IMG/VR virus record: IMGVR_UViG_3300029705_000015
Strand: one strand, 5' to 3'
DNA length: 64,000 nucleotides
DNA from: a virus
Taxonomy: Duplodnaviria > Heunggongvirae > Uroviricota > Caudoviricetes
Shown here in pieces: positions 9,435 through 19,868 of this stretch (positions are counted from its first letter, which is position 1; each line of letters opens with the position of its first letter). Below the pieces are notes generated by a model. That model did no database searches, was not told where the DNA came from, and saw only the letters and a program-made list of their open reading frames with translations. Position numbers and translations under genes: made by a program.

Positions 9435-10673
9435 ATGAATGAACTTATTGTTGTAACATACAAGTTACCTGCCAGTGAATGGGTGAAGCAGATGTACGGT
9501 GACAATGTGGATCATGTTTATGATTGTGTTGCTTACCACAACGATCCTCTTTCCGAGACAGAGATCAAGAAGTTGAAACGCAAGTATACTGAAGTTGAAA
9601 CTTTCTTGTGTGATCTTGCATCTTATGATGCATTTGTCGATAACGAAACAGCTTATGAGGAATTTGTAAAAACTGGTGTATGTCCTCTAAAACCTGTTCA
9701 GGAAGCTGTCGATGTTGGCACTGACTCCAAAACTGTAAACATTGAGTGCAATGTTCGTATCGAACGAGCTAATCCTGATAGTTCTTTTGATTACAATGTT
9801 GATACTGATGACGTAGGTCAGATTGTATTTACTCCTTATGATGTTGGAACAAGATTCTGCCATTCAGGAGAAGATGTTGTCGAAGGTGAAAACATTAAGT
9901 TTGAAACTGTTAAACTAACAGCTCATATGATTTCAGACGTTGATGATTATGACTACTCAATGGATACTGATGATATTGGACAGTTTGTAATAACTCCTAT
10001 TGCAGAAGGAACTTCCTTCTTAAGTGTATCTGTTAACGATTCTCTAAATCTTGTTACAGAAGGGGCTGAGGAAATTGCTGTTGATCCAGAAGATGTTTCT
10101 GAATTCAATGTTGGAGACAGAGTTATTGTTCATTTCAACGGAAATGATCGTCCTGGTGTGATTGTTGATCTTGTTTCTGAAGATCCGATGGACTCCTATA
10201 CAGGAGCTGACTCAGGTGACTTTGAGGCTTGGGTTGTTCGTTTTGATGATGGTACACAAGAAATGATCGGGGCTTGTTATATGACTCATGAAAATCAACT
10301 GACTGAAGCAAGAGACTTTGAGTGGACTCAGAAAGAGTTGTATGCTGTTGTTAAGGACGATGGCACTTACGCAGGTATTCCTTGTACTGGTTACGAAGAA
10401 GCTCAACAACTATCATACAATCATGAGGGTTCAAGAATCTTTAGATTAGTTCTGACAATCACCGAGGAGTTAACTGAGGACATGGATCATCAGGATATTG
10501 TAAACAAAGTTATGCGTGGAGATATTTCAGTGTTTAGCGGCGAGGGTGAGCCGGAAGAAAATTTCATTCGTATTCCAGAGCTGGATAACAAGCACGGAAT
10601 GTTGAAATTTGAATACTACTATGATCCGGAGTCAGACTCTGTTGTTTCTTATTCAAGATCAAGATTGGATTAA
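9435..10673 (+). CDS. Acidic multi-module protein (tandem duplicated module, SH3-like module)
   Basis: Linkers PVQE, LVTE, QLTE, ELTE; FNVGDRV..G.I....VRFDDG. Confidence 0.6.
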   Translation: MNELIVVTYKLPASEWVKQMYGDNVDHVYDCVAYHNDPLSETEIKKLKRKYTEVETFLCDLASYDAFVDNETAYEEFVKTGVCPLKPVQEAVDVGTDSKTVNIECNVRIERANPDSSFDYNVDTDDVGQIVFTPYDVGTRFCHSGEDVVEGENIKFETVKLTAHMISDVDDYDYSMDTDDIGQFVITPIAEGTSFLSVSVNDSLNLVTEGAEEIAVDPEDVSEFNVGDRVIVHFNGNDRPGVIVDLVSEDPMDSYTGADSGDFEAWVVRFDDGTQEMIGACYMTHENQLTEARDFEWTQKELYAVVKDDGTYAGIPCTGYEEAQQLSYNHEGSRIFRLVLTITEELTEDMDHQDIVNKVMRGDISVFSGEGEPEENFIRIPELDNKHGMLKFEYYYDPESDSVVSYSRSRLD

Positions 10674-10676
10674 CAT

Positions 10677-10970
10677 ATGAGCATATTCAATGAGCTGTTT
10701 AAGTTAGAATCAAAAGAGCTCAAAAGATATAGCGTCATGAACGAGGATAACGAGGAGGAGGGAGTTGAATGGTTGATTCAATTCCAACTTGCCTCTGATG
10801 AATTTGATGACTCTTTTGATCAAGACTACAAAGAAGAAGTAGTAATTGTTGCTCCTGATTTTGATACTGCGTACAAGTATGCTCAGCAGTATGTGAGAAA
10901 GATGCAACTTGATTCTGAAACTTCAGCACAATGGAAAGGTGCCGAAATTGTTTCAGTTGATAAAAGGTAA
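10677..10970 (+). CDS. Hypothetical small acidic protein
   Basis: 97-aa ORF tightly packed in the operon. Confidence 0.6.
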   Translation: MSIFNELFKLESKELKRYSVMNEDNEEEGVEWLIQFQLASDEFDDSFDQDYKEEVVIVAPDFDTAYKYAQQYVRKMQLDSETSAQWKGAEIVSVDKR

Positions 10971-11005
10971 CTGTTATTATATAATATAAGTATGAAGGAT
11001 AAAGA

Positions 11006-11554
11006 ATGAAATTCAAGAAATTATCACTTGATGAGTCCTTATTTGAGGATAACTTGAATTGGGTACCTGCTCCTCATGATCCTAATGTACTAGTAATTGG
11101 AGCTAGTGACTATGATGATGAATTTGTTGCGGCTGAACTTCCTGAAGAGGATATGCAAGGTCCAGAATCCGGAAGCGACGCAGGTGTGACTGATTTACTT
11201 ATTTCTGCAATCAATGATGAGTGGAGCACGATTAGGTCTTATAATTCTCTGATTGAGACTTTGAAGTATGAGTCTGCAAATAATCCGGATTATGCAGCGT
11301 TCATTCAGATTTTGAATGAAATTAACGCAGAGGAAAACAAACACGTAGGTCAGCTTCAGGAAATTCTTGCTAAATTGTCTCCTAACGCACAGTACATTGA
11401 TCGTGGTCGTGAAGAGGGAAGATCTCAATTTCATTTTACAAATGGTCAACTACAAGTTGAATCATGGCAAACAACTAAAGCACCGCAAGTAGCAACAGAT
11501 ACAGTAAGCGGTGATGATGTATGTACATTAACAGATGTTGATGACGATATTTGA
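11006..11554 (+). CDS. Ferritin-like (two-helix half-ferritin/rubrerythrin-type) protein
   Basis: AINDEWSTIRSY...INAEENKHVGQL..LSP matches the E..Y / EExxH di-metal pattern. Confidence 0.6.
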   Translation: MKFKKLSLDESLFEDNLNWVPAPHDPNVLVIGASDYDDEFVAAELPEEDMQGPESGSDAGVTDLLISAINDEWSTIRSYNSLIETLKYESANNPDYAAFIQILNEINAEENKHVGQLQEILAKLSPNAQYIDRGREEGRSQFHFTNGQLQVESWQTTKAPQVATDTVSGDDVCTLTDVDDDI

Positions 11555-11565
11555 GGGAGGTACTA

Positions 11566-12579
11566 ATGAAAGCACGTAAAGTAACAAATGAAGAATTCAA
11601 TAATCTTCAAAAAGTTCTTGATGGTGAGAAACCTGAAGTGGTAGCTCATCTTGATGTTGTCACAGCAAATGCTGTTAAAGAACACGCAGCCGCTGAGGAG
11701 CATATTGAAGAAGTTGCTGAAGAGCTTAAAACAGCAGCTGATGTACTTAAAGTTGATCAGCCTGAAGAACAAGATACAGAAGTTAAGAATGAGTTTACTG
11801 CGAAGCTGACTCTTGATGAGTCTCTTGAAAACTTCCAGTTGCAGGAAGAGGAGAAACCTGCTGACGGAAGAGCTCGTAAAGTTTATGACGATGATGATGA
11901 AGACGAGTATCTCGATTTTGATATGTTCGATTTCATTTACGGACTTGTCACTGACTGCTGGCCTAAGCCACTAAATCCTCTGGATCACAAGCTGAGAAAA
12001 TTCATGTACATTGGTTCGGATACATATACTTCAACTGATCGTGTAGAAGCAGGAAATGTGTCGGATGGTCATGCACAAGTTGCAAGTACTGGTGACACGA
12101 TTCAAGTGTATGCTAACAAGCCTGAAGAGTTCAATGATATCATTGAGATCTGTAACTTGTACAAATTTGAGTACACTGGTCCTGCTCAGAGAAGAAGCAA
12201 GAGTACTTACTGGGAATACTCCCTTGATATTCATGTTCCTTGTGTCAGCAGCGGATATCCTTACATGGTTGAGGAATATTTTGAAACCATTGGTAAGACG
12301 ATGGAAGATGTTATGCCTGCAGACTTCTGTAAGCAATATCGTAAGAGACAAGCTCGTGTAGAAAAAGAGGCACAGAAGTACATTAACGATGCCGAAGTCG
12401 ATAAACTTACTAAGCAAGCTATTACGGCTGCAGCTCAAGATAATACTGAGCCACTTGAAGCACACTTGAAGCGTCTATATATCGCACTTGATGATGCAGG
12501 ATTAACTTATCAAAAGTCAAAAGTAAAGAAAATATTTATGGATGAATTTGCTGATGACTTTGATGATGACGAAGACTGA
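11566..12579 (+). CDS. Hypothetical acidic protein
   Basis: GGGAGG SD before ATG 11566; KLTLDESLE linker. Confidence 0.6.
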   Translation: MKARKVTNEEFNNLQKVLDGEKPEVVAHLDVVTANAVKEHAAAEEHIEEVAEELKTAADVLKVDQPEEQDTEVKNEFTAKLTLDESLENFQLQEEEKPADGRARKVYDDDDEDEYLDFDMFDFIYGLVTDCWPKPLNPLDHKLRKFMYIGSDTYTSTDRVEAGNVSDGHAQVASTGDTIQVYANKPEEFNDIIEICNLYKFEYTGPAQRRSKSTYWEYSLDIHVPCVSSGYPYMVEEYFETIGKTMEDVMPADFCKQYRKRQARVEKEAQKYINDAEVDKLTKQAITAAAQDNTEPLEAHLKRLYIALDDAGLTYQKSKVKKIFMDEFADDFDDDED

Positions 12580-12599
12580 TTGACAAGTTAAAAACTTTG

Positions 12600-12636
12600 A
12601 AGACTCTGTAGATGTTCTTGTCTACAGAGTCTTTTG
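12600..12636 (+). terminator. Intrinsic terminator
   Basis: AAGACTCTGTAGA/TCTACAGAGTCTT followed by Ts. Confidence 0.8.
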
Positions 12637-12672
12637 TTGTAATACAAAGAATCATGTATATAAATCTATAGT

Positions 12673-13347
12673 ATGATTAAGAAGGAGATAGCTTTGGGAA
12701 TGTTTAGAAACTATCAATCAGAGCTGTTGAAAAATTATCAGCCAAATAACTTAGTCAACGAATTTTCCTGTAGTACTCCAGATAGTAAATTGATTTCAAG
12801 AGATTCAAGTAAACCTTATGAAGAGTACAACATCAAGGGTGAACATGTTGGCTACTTCTGGAGACAGGGTGAAACTTTGAATCTTGAATTTTTGATTGAG
12901 GGTGAAGTAACAGTTGAACCAAGTGCAATAGTTTCTACAGTTAGCGGTGAAACTCCTGATGAACTTTATACAAGTGTTCCTGCTAACACGCGATACTACA
13001 ATCTTACGGATCTTAACTCATGGAGCTGTTACGTTGATTCAGGAGTTACAAAGTGGGTACAGGATGAGGAGTTTAGATATCCCGATGGTGCTACACGAAC
13101 TGTTTATATGCCTGTTTCAAAGTATCTACAGGATAAAACAGTAACAGTAACTTTGTACAATTTCCGTATGGAAGAAGTTCATGCGTGGACTCCTGAAGTA
13201 AAGAATTCTAAAGTTGTTTGTAGAATTGATCGAGAACTATCTACAAAGCTTCCAAAAGGTGTTTACTACTGTAAAGTTACAGTTGGTAATGAGTTGGTTA
13301 GCTTCACAATCTTTGATACTAACGATTGTTTACTATTAGTTAAGTGA
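12673..13347 (+). CDS. Hypothetical virion protein, first gene of the fibre cluster (true start may be 12694 or 12700)
   Basis: Beta-rich; LPKGVYY..V motif; AAGGAG at 12682. Confidence 0.55.
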   Translation: MIKKEIALGMFRNYQSELLKNYQPNNLVNEFSCSTPDSKLISRDSSKPYEEYNIKGEHVGYFWRQGETLNLEFLIEGEVTVEPSAIVSTVSGETPDELYTSVPANTRYYNLTDLNSWSCYVDSGVTKWVQDEEFRYPDGATRTVYMPVSKYLQDKTVTVTLYNFRMEEVHAWTPEVKNSKVVCRIDRELSTKLPKGVYYCKVTVGNELVSFTIFDTNDCLLLVK

Positions 13348-13355
13348 GGTAGATT

Positions 13356-13562
13356 ATGGATATCAAACTAAGAGCAAGATTATCTGCATACTCACTTGTT
13401 GATACATTTGATCAGGACGATTCAGATCATGTATGTGAAAACAACATGATTAGAGTAACTGAATCACAGATTGATAAGTTGTTTGATAACACAAATAATG
13501 GAGCAACTTCAAATAATGCAGATTTTACAAACTTTGTAGACTCTCTTTTTGCGGAGGGTTGA
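13356..13562 (+). CDS. Hypothetical small protein
   Basis: GAGGT SD; overlaps the next gene. Confidence 0.55.
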   Translation: MDIKLRARLSAYSLVDTFDQDDSDHVCENNMIRVTESQIDKLFDNTNNGATSNNADFTNFVDSLFAEG

Positions 13563-13936
13563 TTATGTTTAATATTGCGTTCAATGGAATAATTACTGTT
13601 AACAGAGGTGACTCTTTCAGCTTCCCACTAACAATAAACTTTGGAACATCAATGGATCCGTTAAACTATGGATTGAGACAGAATGACAGAGTTTACTTTG
13701 CAGTTATGGAGCCAAATCAGCCATTTGAAACTGCTTTGATAAAAAAAGTGTTTACACAAGCGGATGTTAACGAGAACAACGAAATCATGATAAAGTTCAA
13801 ACCGAAAGATACTTTATGTGTTCTTCCGGGTAAGTATTACTATCAGATAAAACTGCAAAGATTTAATTCAGATGATCCAGAAGACTATGATGTCGATACG
13901 GTTATTGATAAAACACAATTTTTCATCCTGGAGTAA
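13559..13936 (+). CDS. BppU-like/Ig-like fibre adaptor protein
   Basis: RGDS...IKFKPKDT..LPGKYYYQIKL..VDTVI pattern. Confidence 0.55.
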   Translation: MIMFNIAFNGIITVNRGDSFSFPLTINFGTSMDPLNYGLRQNDRVYFAVMEPNQPFETALIKKVFTQADVNENNEIMIKFKPKDTLCVLPGKYYYQIKLQRFNSDDPEDYDVDTVIDKTQFFILE

Positions 13937-13939
13937 GAT

Positions 13940-15286
13940 ATGGCAATAAAAGGACTTGTTGGTGGAACAAACACCACTACAACTACTGTAACCGCTTCAG
14001 GAAATACAACCCCAGCTGTTACAACGGAAGTAAATAGCACATCCACACTTAGTGCTAGATTAGGCGCAACACAAACAATGTCTGCGTCAGCTGTTTCAAC
14101 TACACCCGTTCCTGTTGAATATACTGGAGTTGAATCAGACTCTATGTATGTCACTGTTAATAACACCAATAGAACTATTAGTGGTGAAGTTAAGTGGCGT
14201 AACATGATTGCGACAACTGAAGCGGAGGAAGATGCTAATCACGCATATCCTGCAAACAAAGCTCGGATAAACTTTGGCGACATCGAAACAAAGTTTGCAA
14301 CAATCAACAGAACATTAACAACTCTTAGTAATTCTTGTACTTCAGCTCATCAAAATGTTTCTCAGTATGTTGAAGAATTACAGCAGGTTCAAGTAGAGTT
14401 AGGTCAACTTATTCAAGATTGCTCCAACTTAAATTTGAACTTAACTAGAGAGAGTCTTGCAAGAGAGCGAAAAGACACTGAATTACAGGGTAAGATAAGT
14501 GATACCAAAACTCAACTGGATTCAAGTTTTGAGAATTTACAAACTGTGATTTACGACAGACTGAATGCACAGGATAATAAGATCTCCAAGAATTCCGTTG
14601 ATGTTGAAAATGAAACAGCTAGAGCTCAGGAAGAAGAAAGTAAACTTTCAAGATCTATTCAAAATACAACAAAAGCCCTGTTAATCACTCAGAGTGATTT
14701 AACACAGATGGAATTGCGAGCTGACTCTATTAGTGACAGAGTAGGCAAGTTAGAAAATTCTGGTGTTGTTGCTAAAGTTGGTGAGCATACTCAAGATATT
14801 GGAGACTTGAAGAAACAGCTAACAAATGTTAACATGAAATTAACATCTAATGTTGACACTGTTACAGATGATGTTTCAAGAATTTCTGACATTGTTTACA
14901 AACATGACTCAAAGATAACATCAGTTGAGTCAGAAGTTAAAGAAGCAACAAGTGATCTTCGAGATATGAAAACCACAAATAGTCGACAAGATCGTGAACT
15001 TGATGCTATTGAGCAAAGACAACAGAATGAGGAAGAAACTAGAAATAGACAGTTTATTTCGTTGTCAGCAATGATTTCAGGTGAAACGGAAGTTCGTAGA
15101 TCTGTTGACGAACTTCATGCAAGTGAATTAGATCGTCTAGAAGTTCGTATTTCCACATTACAAACAAGATTGTTTGAAATAATTGAAAATCTTGGTAACG
15201 AGCTTAGAGCTCGAGATGAAGACCTAGCAAACAACATTCAAAATGTTTCCTATGCATTTGTTGATGCTGGAACTGCACCAATTTAA
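13940..15286 (+). CDS. Long coiled-coil fibre-like protein
   Basis: Thr-rich N-terminus, extended heptads with E..R...E repeats, ends FVDAGTAPI. Confidence 0.6.
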   Translation: MAIKGLVGGTNTTTTTVTASGNTTPAVTTEVNSTSTLSARLGATQTMSASAVSTTPVPVEYTGVESDSMYVTVNNTNRTISGEVKWRNMIATTEAEEDANHAYPANKARINFGDIETKFATINRTLTTLSNSCTSAHQNVSQYVEELQQVQVELGQLIQDCSNLNLNLTRESLARERKDTELQGKISDTKTQLDSSFENLQTVIYDRLNAQDNKISKNSVDVENETARAQEEESKLSRSIQNTTKALLITQSDLTQMELRADSISDRVGKLENSGVVAKVGEHTQDIGDLKKQLTNVNMKLTSNVDTVTDDVSRISDIVYKHDSKITSVESEVKEATSDLRDMKTTNSRQDRELDAIEQRQQNEEETRNRQFISLSAMISGETEVRRSVDELHASELDRLEVRISTLQTRLFEIIENLGNELRARDEDLANNIQNVSYAFVDAGTAPI

Positions 15287-15295
15287 GGAGAGCAA

Positions 15296-16240
15296 GTGAT
15301 GGCTATTGACGAAACACAACAATATGTAGACTGGGCTGGTCTTAGATACTACGATCAGCGAGTTAAAGCGTATATTGACGCAAAAGTTACTAACTCAGAA
15401 GATCAAACTCAGTTTCGAGCAGATCTTGAGCAACTTGAAAACAGAATTCAAACTTTAGCAGATAATTTTACAACTGACAAGACACACATCTATGAGCACA
15501 TCGATGCTTGTAAAAAAAGTTCTGCAACTAAGGAAGAACTTGCAAGTGCTGTTGCTGCACTTCGTGAAGAGATCAAGACACTAACAGGTGTTGATCTTGG
15601 TGAGTATGCTACAAAAGAGTTTGTTGAACAGAAGCTTGAAGATCTCTCGTTGTCGGTGGAACTTCCAGAGGACGTAGTAACTACCGATGATATTCAGAAC
15701 TTTGTAACTAAATCTGAGCTTGCCGAAGAGATTGGTAAGATTACGCTCCCTGAAGTCGATCTAACTGATTTAGCTACAAAAGAAGAACTACATGAAGTTG
15801 AAGCAAAGATTCCTTCTATAGATGAACTTGCTTCTGAAGCATATGTTGATGAGAAAATAAGAGCAATTGAACTTCCACAGGTTCCTACTAGATTAGGTGA
15901 GCTTGAGAATGATGCAGGATACTTGACCGGGGTTCCTGAAGGTTATGCAACTGAGGGTTATGTTGACGAAGCAGTTGCAAAACTTGTTGATAGCGCTCCT
16001 GAAGAGTTAGATACTCTGAAAGAGTTATCGGATGCTATATCAAGCCAGAAGGGTGTTCTTGGTACTTTTGCAACAAAGACTGAGATTGCGGACCTGGCTA
16101 CTCAAGAATTTGTTCAAGAACAGATTGCTGCTGTTAAACATATTACTTCTGAAGAAGTAGAAAAGATTGTTGATGAAAAGGTTGAAGCAGCAATAACTGA
16201 CGGTGCAACAGTGTCCTCAATCTCTTATGGAACATTCTAA
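15296..16240 (+). CDS. Tail-fibre-like repeat protein
   Basis: Repeated (Y/L)ATKE units; LVDSAPEELDTLKEL fibre motif. Confidence 0.65.
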   Translation: MMAIDETQQYVDWAGLRYYDQRVKAYIDAKVTNSEDQTQFRADLEQLENRIQTLADNFTTDKTHIYEHIDACKKSSATKEELASAVAALREEIKTLTGVDLGEYATKEFVEQKLEDLSLSVELPEDVVTTDDIQNFVTKSELAEEIGKITLPEVDLTDLATKEELHEVEAKIPSIDELASEAYVDEKIRAIELPQVPTRLGELENDAGYLTGVPEGYATEGYVDEAVAKLVDSAPEELDTLKELSDAISSQKGVLGTFATKTEIADLATQEFVQEQIAAVKHITSEEVEKIVDEKVEAAITDGATVSSISYGTF

Positions 16241-16254
16241 GAGAGGTAAATAAA

Positions 16255-16671
16255 GTGCAATTTCAGATTAAGTATGGTTTAAGAGCAAATATTGATAACA
16301 TTGCTGATATAAACAAGATTGAAGGTTGCTGGTACATTTGTACTGATACACTTGAAGTCTTTGTGTGCATAAAAAATGATCAAAATAATCTTGTGCTTGA
16401 GCGTATTCAAGCAAGTAGTTCCTTTGATGAGGACATCATTGATCTTAAAGAGCGTGTTACTGCTCTAGAATCCTCATCAAGAGAAGTGCAAGTTAGTACA
16501 CTATTCGACTTACCACAGATAGGTCAAGTTGGAATTGTATATATAGTTGTTAAGGAAAATGCTGCTTACAGATGGGATGCCGAAGGTGGTAACTTTATCT
16601 GTATTGGCAGAGACTGGAATGAAATTCAATGCATAAACGGCGGAGATGCTTCTTCCACATTTTCAAAATAA
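16255..16671 (+). CDS. Small fibre-associated protein
   Basis: EG.WY.CTDT; LPQIG..GIVY...YRW; ends INGGDA. Confidence 0.55.
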   Translation: MQFQIKYGLRANIDNIADINKIEGCWYICTDTLEVFVCIKNDQNNLVLERIQASSSFDEDIIDLKERVTALESSSREVQVSTLFDLPQIGQVGIVYIVVKENAAYRWDAEGGNFICIGRDWNEIQCINGGDASSTFSK

Positions 16672-16755
16672 CTTTGAATGATAATCAAGTAATATACTTG
16701 TAGATGCAGAAAGTAAGTTTATAAATTTATTTTTATGAGAGGAAATCAATCAATT

Positions 16756-17886
16756 ATGGCAGAATTAAAAACTCAAATTCTTATCCGTAATGATACAGCA
16801 GAAAACTGGACTGCAAAAGATCCTGTTTTGGGCGCTGGCGAGTTCGGTGTTGAAGTTGGTGCTTCTGACAACAAACTGAAGATTGGTGATGGTGAGAAAA
16901 AGTGGAGTGAGCTCCCTTATACTTACAATTATTCAGAGCTTCAGCAGATTGCACAATTTGACAGCGATCTGCAGTTAACAATGCAGTTTGGTAGATACAA
17001 GCCAGGCAGTTCTGGCTCTGTTGTTGTTCCTGCTGAAGGTAAAACAGCTCAGCAAGTTCTTCTTGATGCATTTGCTGTTCCTACTAATCCTACAGTTGGA
17101 GCTCGTACTTTAACTATTTCAACTAGCGGAAATCAGACCGGTGAAGTTGGTGAGTTGTTTGCATTACCAACAGCCACTGCAAAAGTTGGAACTGGTTCTT
17201 ATCAGTATGGTTCTTACGGTGCTGATGGTACTACAAAGTATACTGATACTGGTACAGGAATTGTGTTCTCCTCAATTTCTATCAGTTCTGAAAATCCCGC
17301 TAAAACAGCAACCGGAAGTAACTCAAACAGTGATGTTACACTAAGTTTAACTACAACAGAGTTACCTGATGCTGATCGTAAGTTTACCGATACAGCAAGA
17401 ACCTTCAATTTCAGTGCAAGTGCTTCTCATGATGGTTCTCCTAGAACTCCTGTCAACAATGTGGGAACTAAAGTTGAAAGCTTGAAAATTGGTGCTCAAG
17501 ATTTAACTGCAACAGGATCTTTAACTGTTACTGGTTATCGTAAGTGGTTTATGTACATCGGTAAGGATCATACAACTCCTATCTCCTCTGCATTCATTCG
17601 TGGTGCAACTCATATGGGATGGGGCAAAGACGCAGCATCTCAAGCAGGTGTAGAAATTCCTGCGGGCACAACACGTATTGTAGTTGCTATTCCTACTGCT
17701 TGTAACAAAGCACTGACTGAAGTCATCGACGTTGATGGAATGGGCTTAAGTGCTTTTGGTAAGTTTGTTTCTGATACTGTTGAAGTTGAAGGTGCAAATG
17801 GTGCAACAGCTGTTGAATACAAAACTTGGACTCTTGTTCAAGCTGAGGGTCTTGCAGCTACACATTACGATTTCACAATCGGTTAA
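16756..17886 (+). CDS. Fibre/receptor-binding protein with Mtd_N (hyaluronidase N-terminal-like) domain
   Basis: IRNDTAENW..DPVL..GEFGVE..KLKIGDG..WSELPY; GAGGA SD favours ATG 16756. Confidence 0.75.
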   Translation: MAELKTQILIRNDTAENWTAKDPVLGAGEFGVEVGASDNKLKIGDGEKKWSELPYTYNYSELQQIAQFDSDLQLTMQFGRYKPGSSGSVVVPAEGKTAQQVLLDAFAVPTNPTVGARTLTISTSGNQTGEVGELFALPTATAKVGTGSYQYGSYGADGTTKYTDTGTGIVFSSISISSENPAKTATGSNSNSDVTLSLTTTELPDADRKFTDTARTFNFSASASHDGSPRTPVNNVGTKVESLKIGAQDLTATGSLTVTGYRKWFMYIGKDHTTPISSAFIRGATHMGWGKDAASQAGVEIPAGTTRIVVAIPTACNKALTEVIDVDGMGLSAFGKFVSDTVEVEGANGATAVEYKTWTLVQAEGLAATHYDFTIG

Positions 17887-17914
17887 TAACAGAGAAGGAG
17901 AATAAAGTAATATT

Positions 17915-19849
17915 ATGAGTTACGAATATCAGAAATTTGCATCACTTCCTGTTAACCTGAACAGACAGGCTTATGGCGCACTTGATATTTCTCAAGTGTT
18001 CACAAGTGAAAATGATCTTAAGTACTATGTAAGTAAAGGTGCTTATACAACTGACGTATCTGAGTACTGGTTCAAGAATGCAGAGGAGAAGGTTGTTCCT
18101 TATCCCTACGCTGGTCAGTATCTTGCTCTTGTTGACAATGAAACTCGTAAGGTAACTGCTTACATTCTGGAAGAGCGTGCTGAAGAGGACGTTGATGTTG
18201 CTCAAGGTAAGTATGCATTCAGCTACAAAGAAGTTGGTATCACTCCTGTTGGAGATGACAAAACTATCGATGTTGATGCAACAGGTAAGATTACTGTTCA
18301 CGGCATTGAGGGTAAGACTTCCGGAACTTATGTTCCTCAGTTAGTTAACGGTGAGTTAGTGTGGTCAGTCCCTTCTAACATTACTGTTGATGGATTGAAC
18401 GCTAACTTAACCGGTTTAACTGAGCGTGTAACAAACCTTGAGGATAAGGATGAAGTTCTCGAGGAAGCTGTTGGTGCTGCTCAGGATGCAGCTAACGCAA
18501 ATGCTGAGGCTATTACAGCTCTTCAAGCAAAAGATGTAGAGCTTGCAAATGCAGATACTGCTCTCGGTAATCGTGTTACTGCTGTTGAGCAGACCTTGAA
18601 TGGAACTCCTGCTACAGGCAGTGAGGAAGATGGCGACTATGTAGCTGCTGTTCCTGGCTTAGTTTCTAAAGTTGCAACTTTAGAGGATGATATGTCCGCA
18701 GCTGAGGATGCAATCAGCAACAGATATACAAAAGATGAAGTACATACATATGTTGCTCAGGAAATTGGTAAACAAGCTCATTTCAGTGCTCGAGTAGTTA
18801 CTAGTATTACTGAGATGACCGACACTACAACCCTTTATCTGTTAAAGAAAGAGGATGTAACCGGTGCTGATGTTTACGAGCAGTATATTGTTTTAACTGA
18901 TGCAGAAGGAACTAAGACTCCTACTCTTATCGGTGAAACTTCAATTGACCTTACTCCTTATGCAACTGACTCCGATCTTCAAACTGCTATCAACAGTGTA
19001 GTAGACGCTTATGCAGCTGCTGATAGCACACTTGACGGTAAGATTACAGCTCTGCAACAAACCATCAATGGTTTAGATGCTAAGTATGATGCTAAGTACG
19101 AAACTATTGCTAATGTTGCAAAGAAAGCTGATCAGACTGCACTTGATGCGACTAACGAAACTGTTTCAGGCATTAGTGACAAAGTTACTGGACTTGAAGA
19201 CAAAGCTCACACTCACAGCAACAAAGATGTTCTTGATGAAATTACTTCTGAGAAAGTTGCTGCTTGGGATGAAGCTGAGAAGAATGTTATTCATTCTGCA
19301 GATGAAGGTGAGTTTACTGTCACTGACAGAGAGCTCAGCATCAAGGAGATTGCTCAGAACAAAGTCACAGGCTTAGCCGGTTCTTTACAAGCACTACAAG
19401 ACAACATCAATGGTAAAGTATCTAAGGAAGATGGCAAAGAGCTTATCTCAAGCACCGATCTTGCTAAACTTGCTAAGCTGAATGCCGATGGCACTCTAGC
19501 TGCAACAAATGTTACTGGTTTAGCTGATTGGATGTCTGCTAACCGTGAAACGGCTGCTGGCTTAATGTCTGCTGCTGAGGAAGAGAAGTTAGCTGGAATT
19601 GCAGAAGGTGCTCAGGTTAACGTCATTGAAGGCATTTCTGTTGCTGGTGAAACACTCGCTCCTAACGCAAGTAAGATTGTTGAGATTGCTAGTGCAAGTA
19701 ATGCAGTTTACGGTGTTGTTAAGGGAACTGCAGCTATGAACATGGTCTCTATCAACGAAGATAAAGCAATGGAAGTTCATAGCTTAAATGTTACTAAGTT
19801 GGTTCAGGATGAGAATACTGTTCTTATTCTTAACGGTGGCAATGCTTAA
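17915..19849 (+). CDS. Tail fibre protein
   Basis: PYAGQ head, coiled coils, HTHSNK, KLAGIAEGAQVNVIE; ends LILNGGNA. Confidence 0.75.
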   Translation: MSYEYQKFASLPVNLNRQAYGALDISQVFTSENDLKYYVSKGAYTTDVSEYWFKNAEEKVVPYPYAGQYLALVDNETRKVTAYILEERAEEDVDVAQGKYAFSYKEVGITPVGDDKTIDVDATGKITVHGIEGKTSGTYVPQLVNGELVWSVPSNITVDGLNANLTGLTERVTNLEDKDEVLEEAVGAAQDAANANAEAITALQAKDVELANADTALGNRVTAVEQTLNGTPATGSEEDGDYVAAVPGLVSKVATLEDDMSAAEDAISNRYTKDEVHTYVAQEIGKQAHFSARVVTSITEMTDTTTLYLLKKEDVTGADVYEQYIVLTDAEGTKTPTLIGETSIDLTPYATDSDLQTAINSVVDAYAAADSTLDGKITALQQTINGLDAKYDAKYETIANVAKKADQTALDATNETVSGISDKVTGLEDKAHTHSNKDVLDEITSEKVAAWDEAEKNVIHSADEGEFTVTDRELSIKEIAQNKVTGLAGSLQALQDNINGKVSKEDGKELISSTDLAKLAKLNADGTLAATNVTGLADWMSANRETAAGLMSAAEEEKLAGIAEGAQVNVIEGISVAGETLAPNASKIVEIASASNAVYGVVKGTAAMNMVSINEDKAMEVHSLNVTKLVQDENTVLILNGGNA

Positions 19850-19868
19850 TTCCATCACTTAAATCTAC

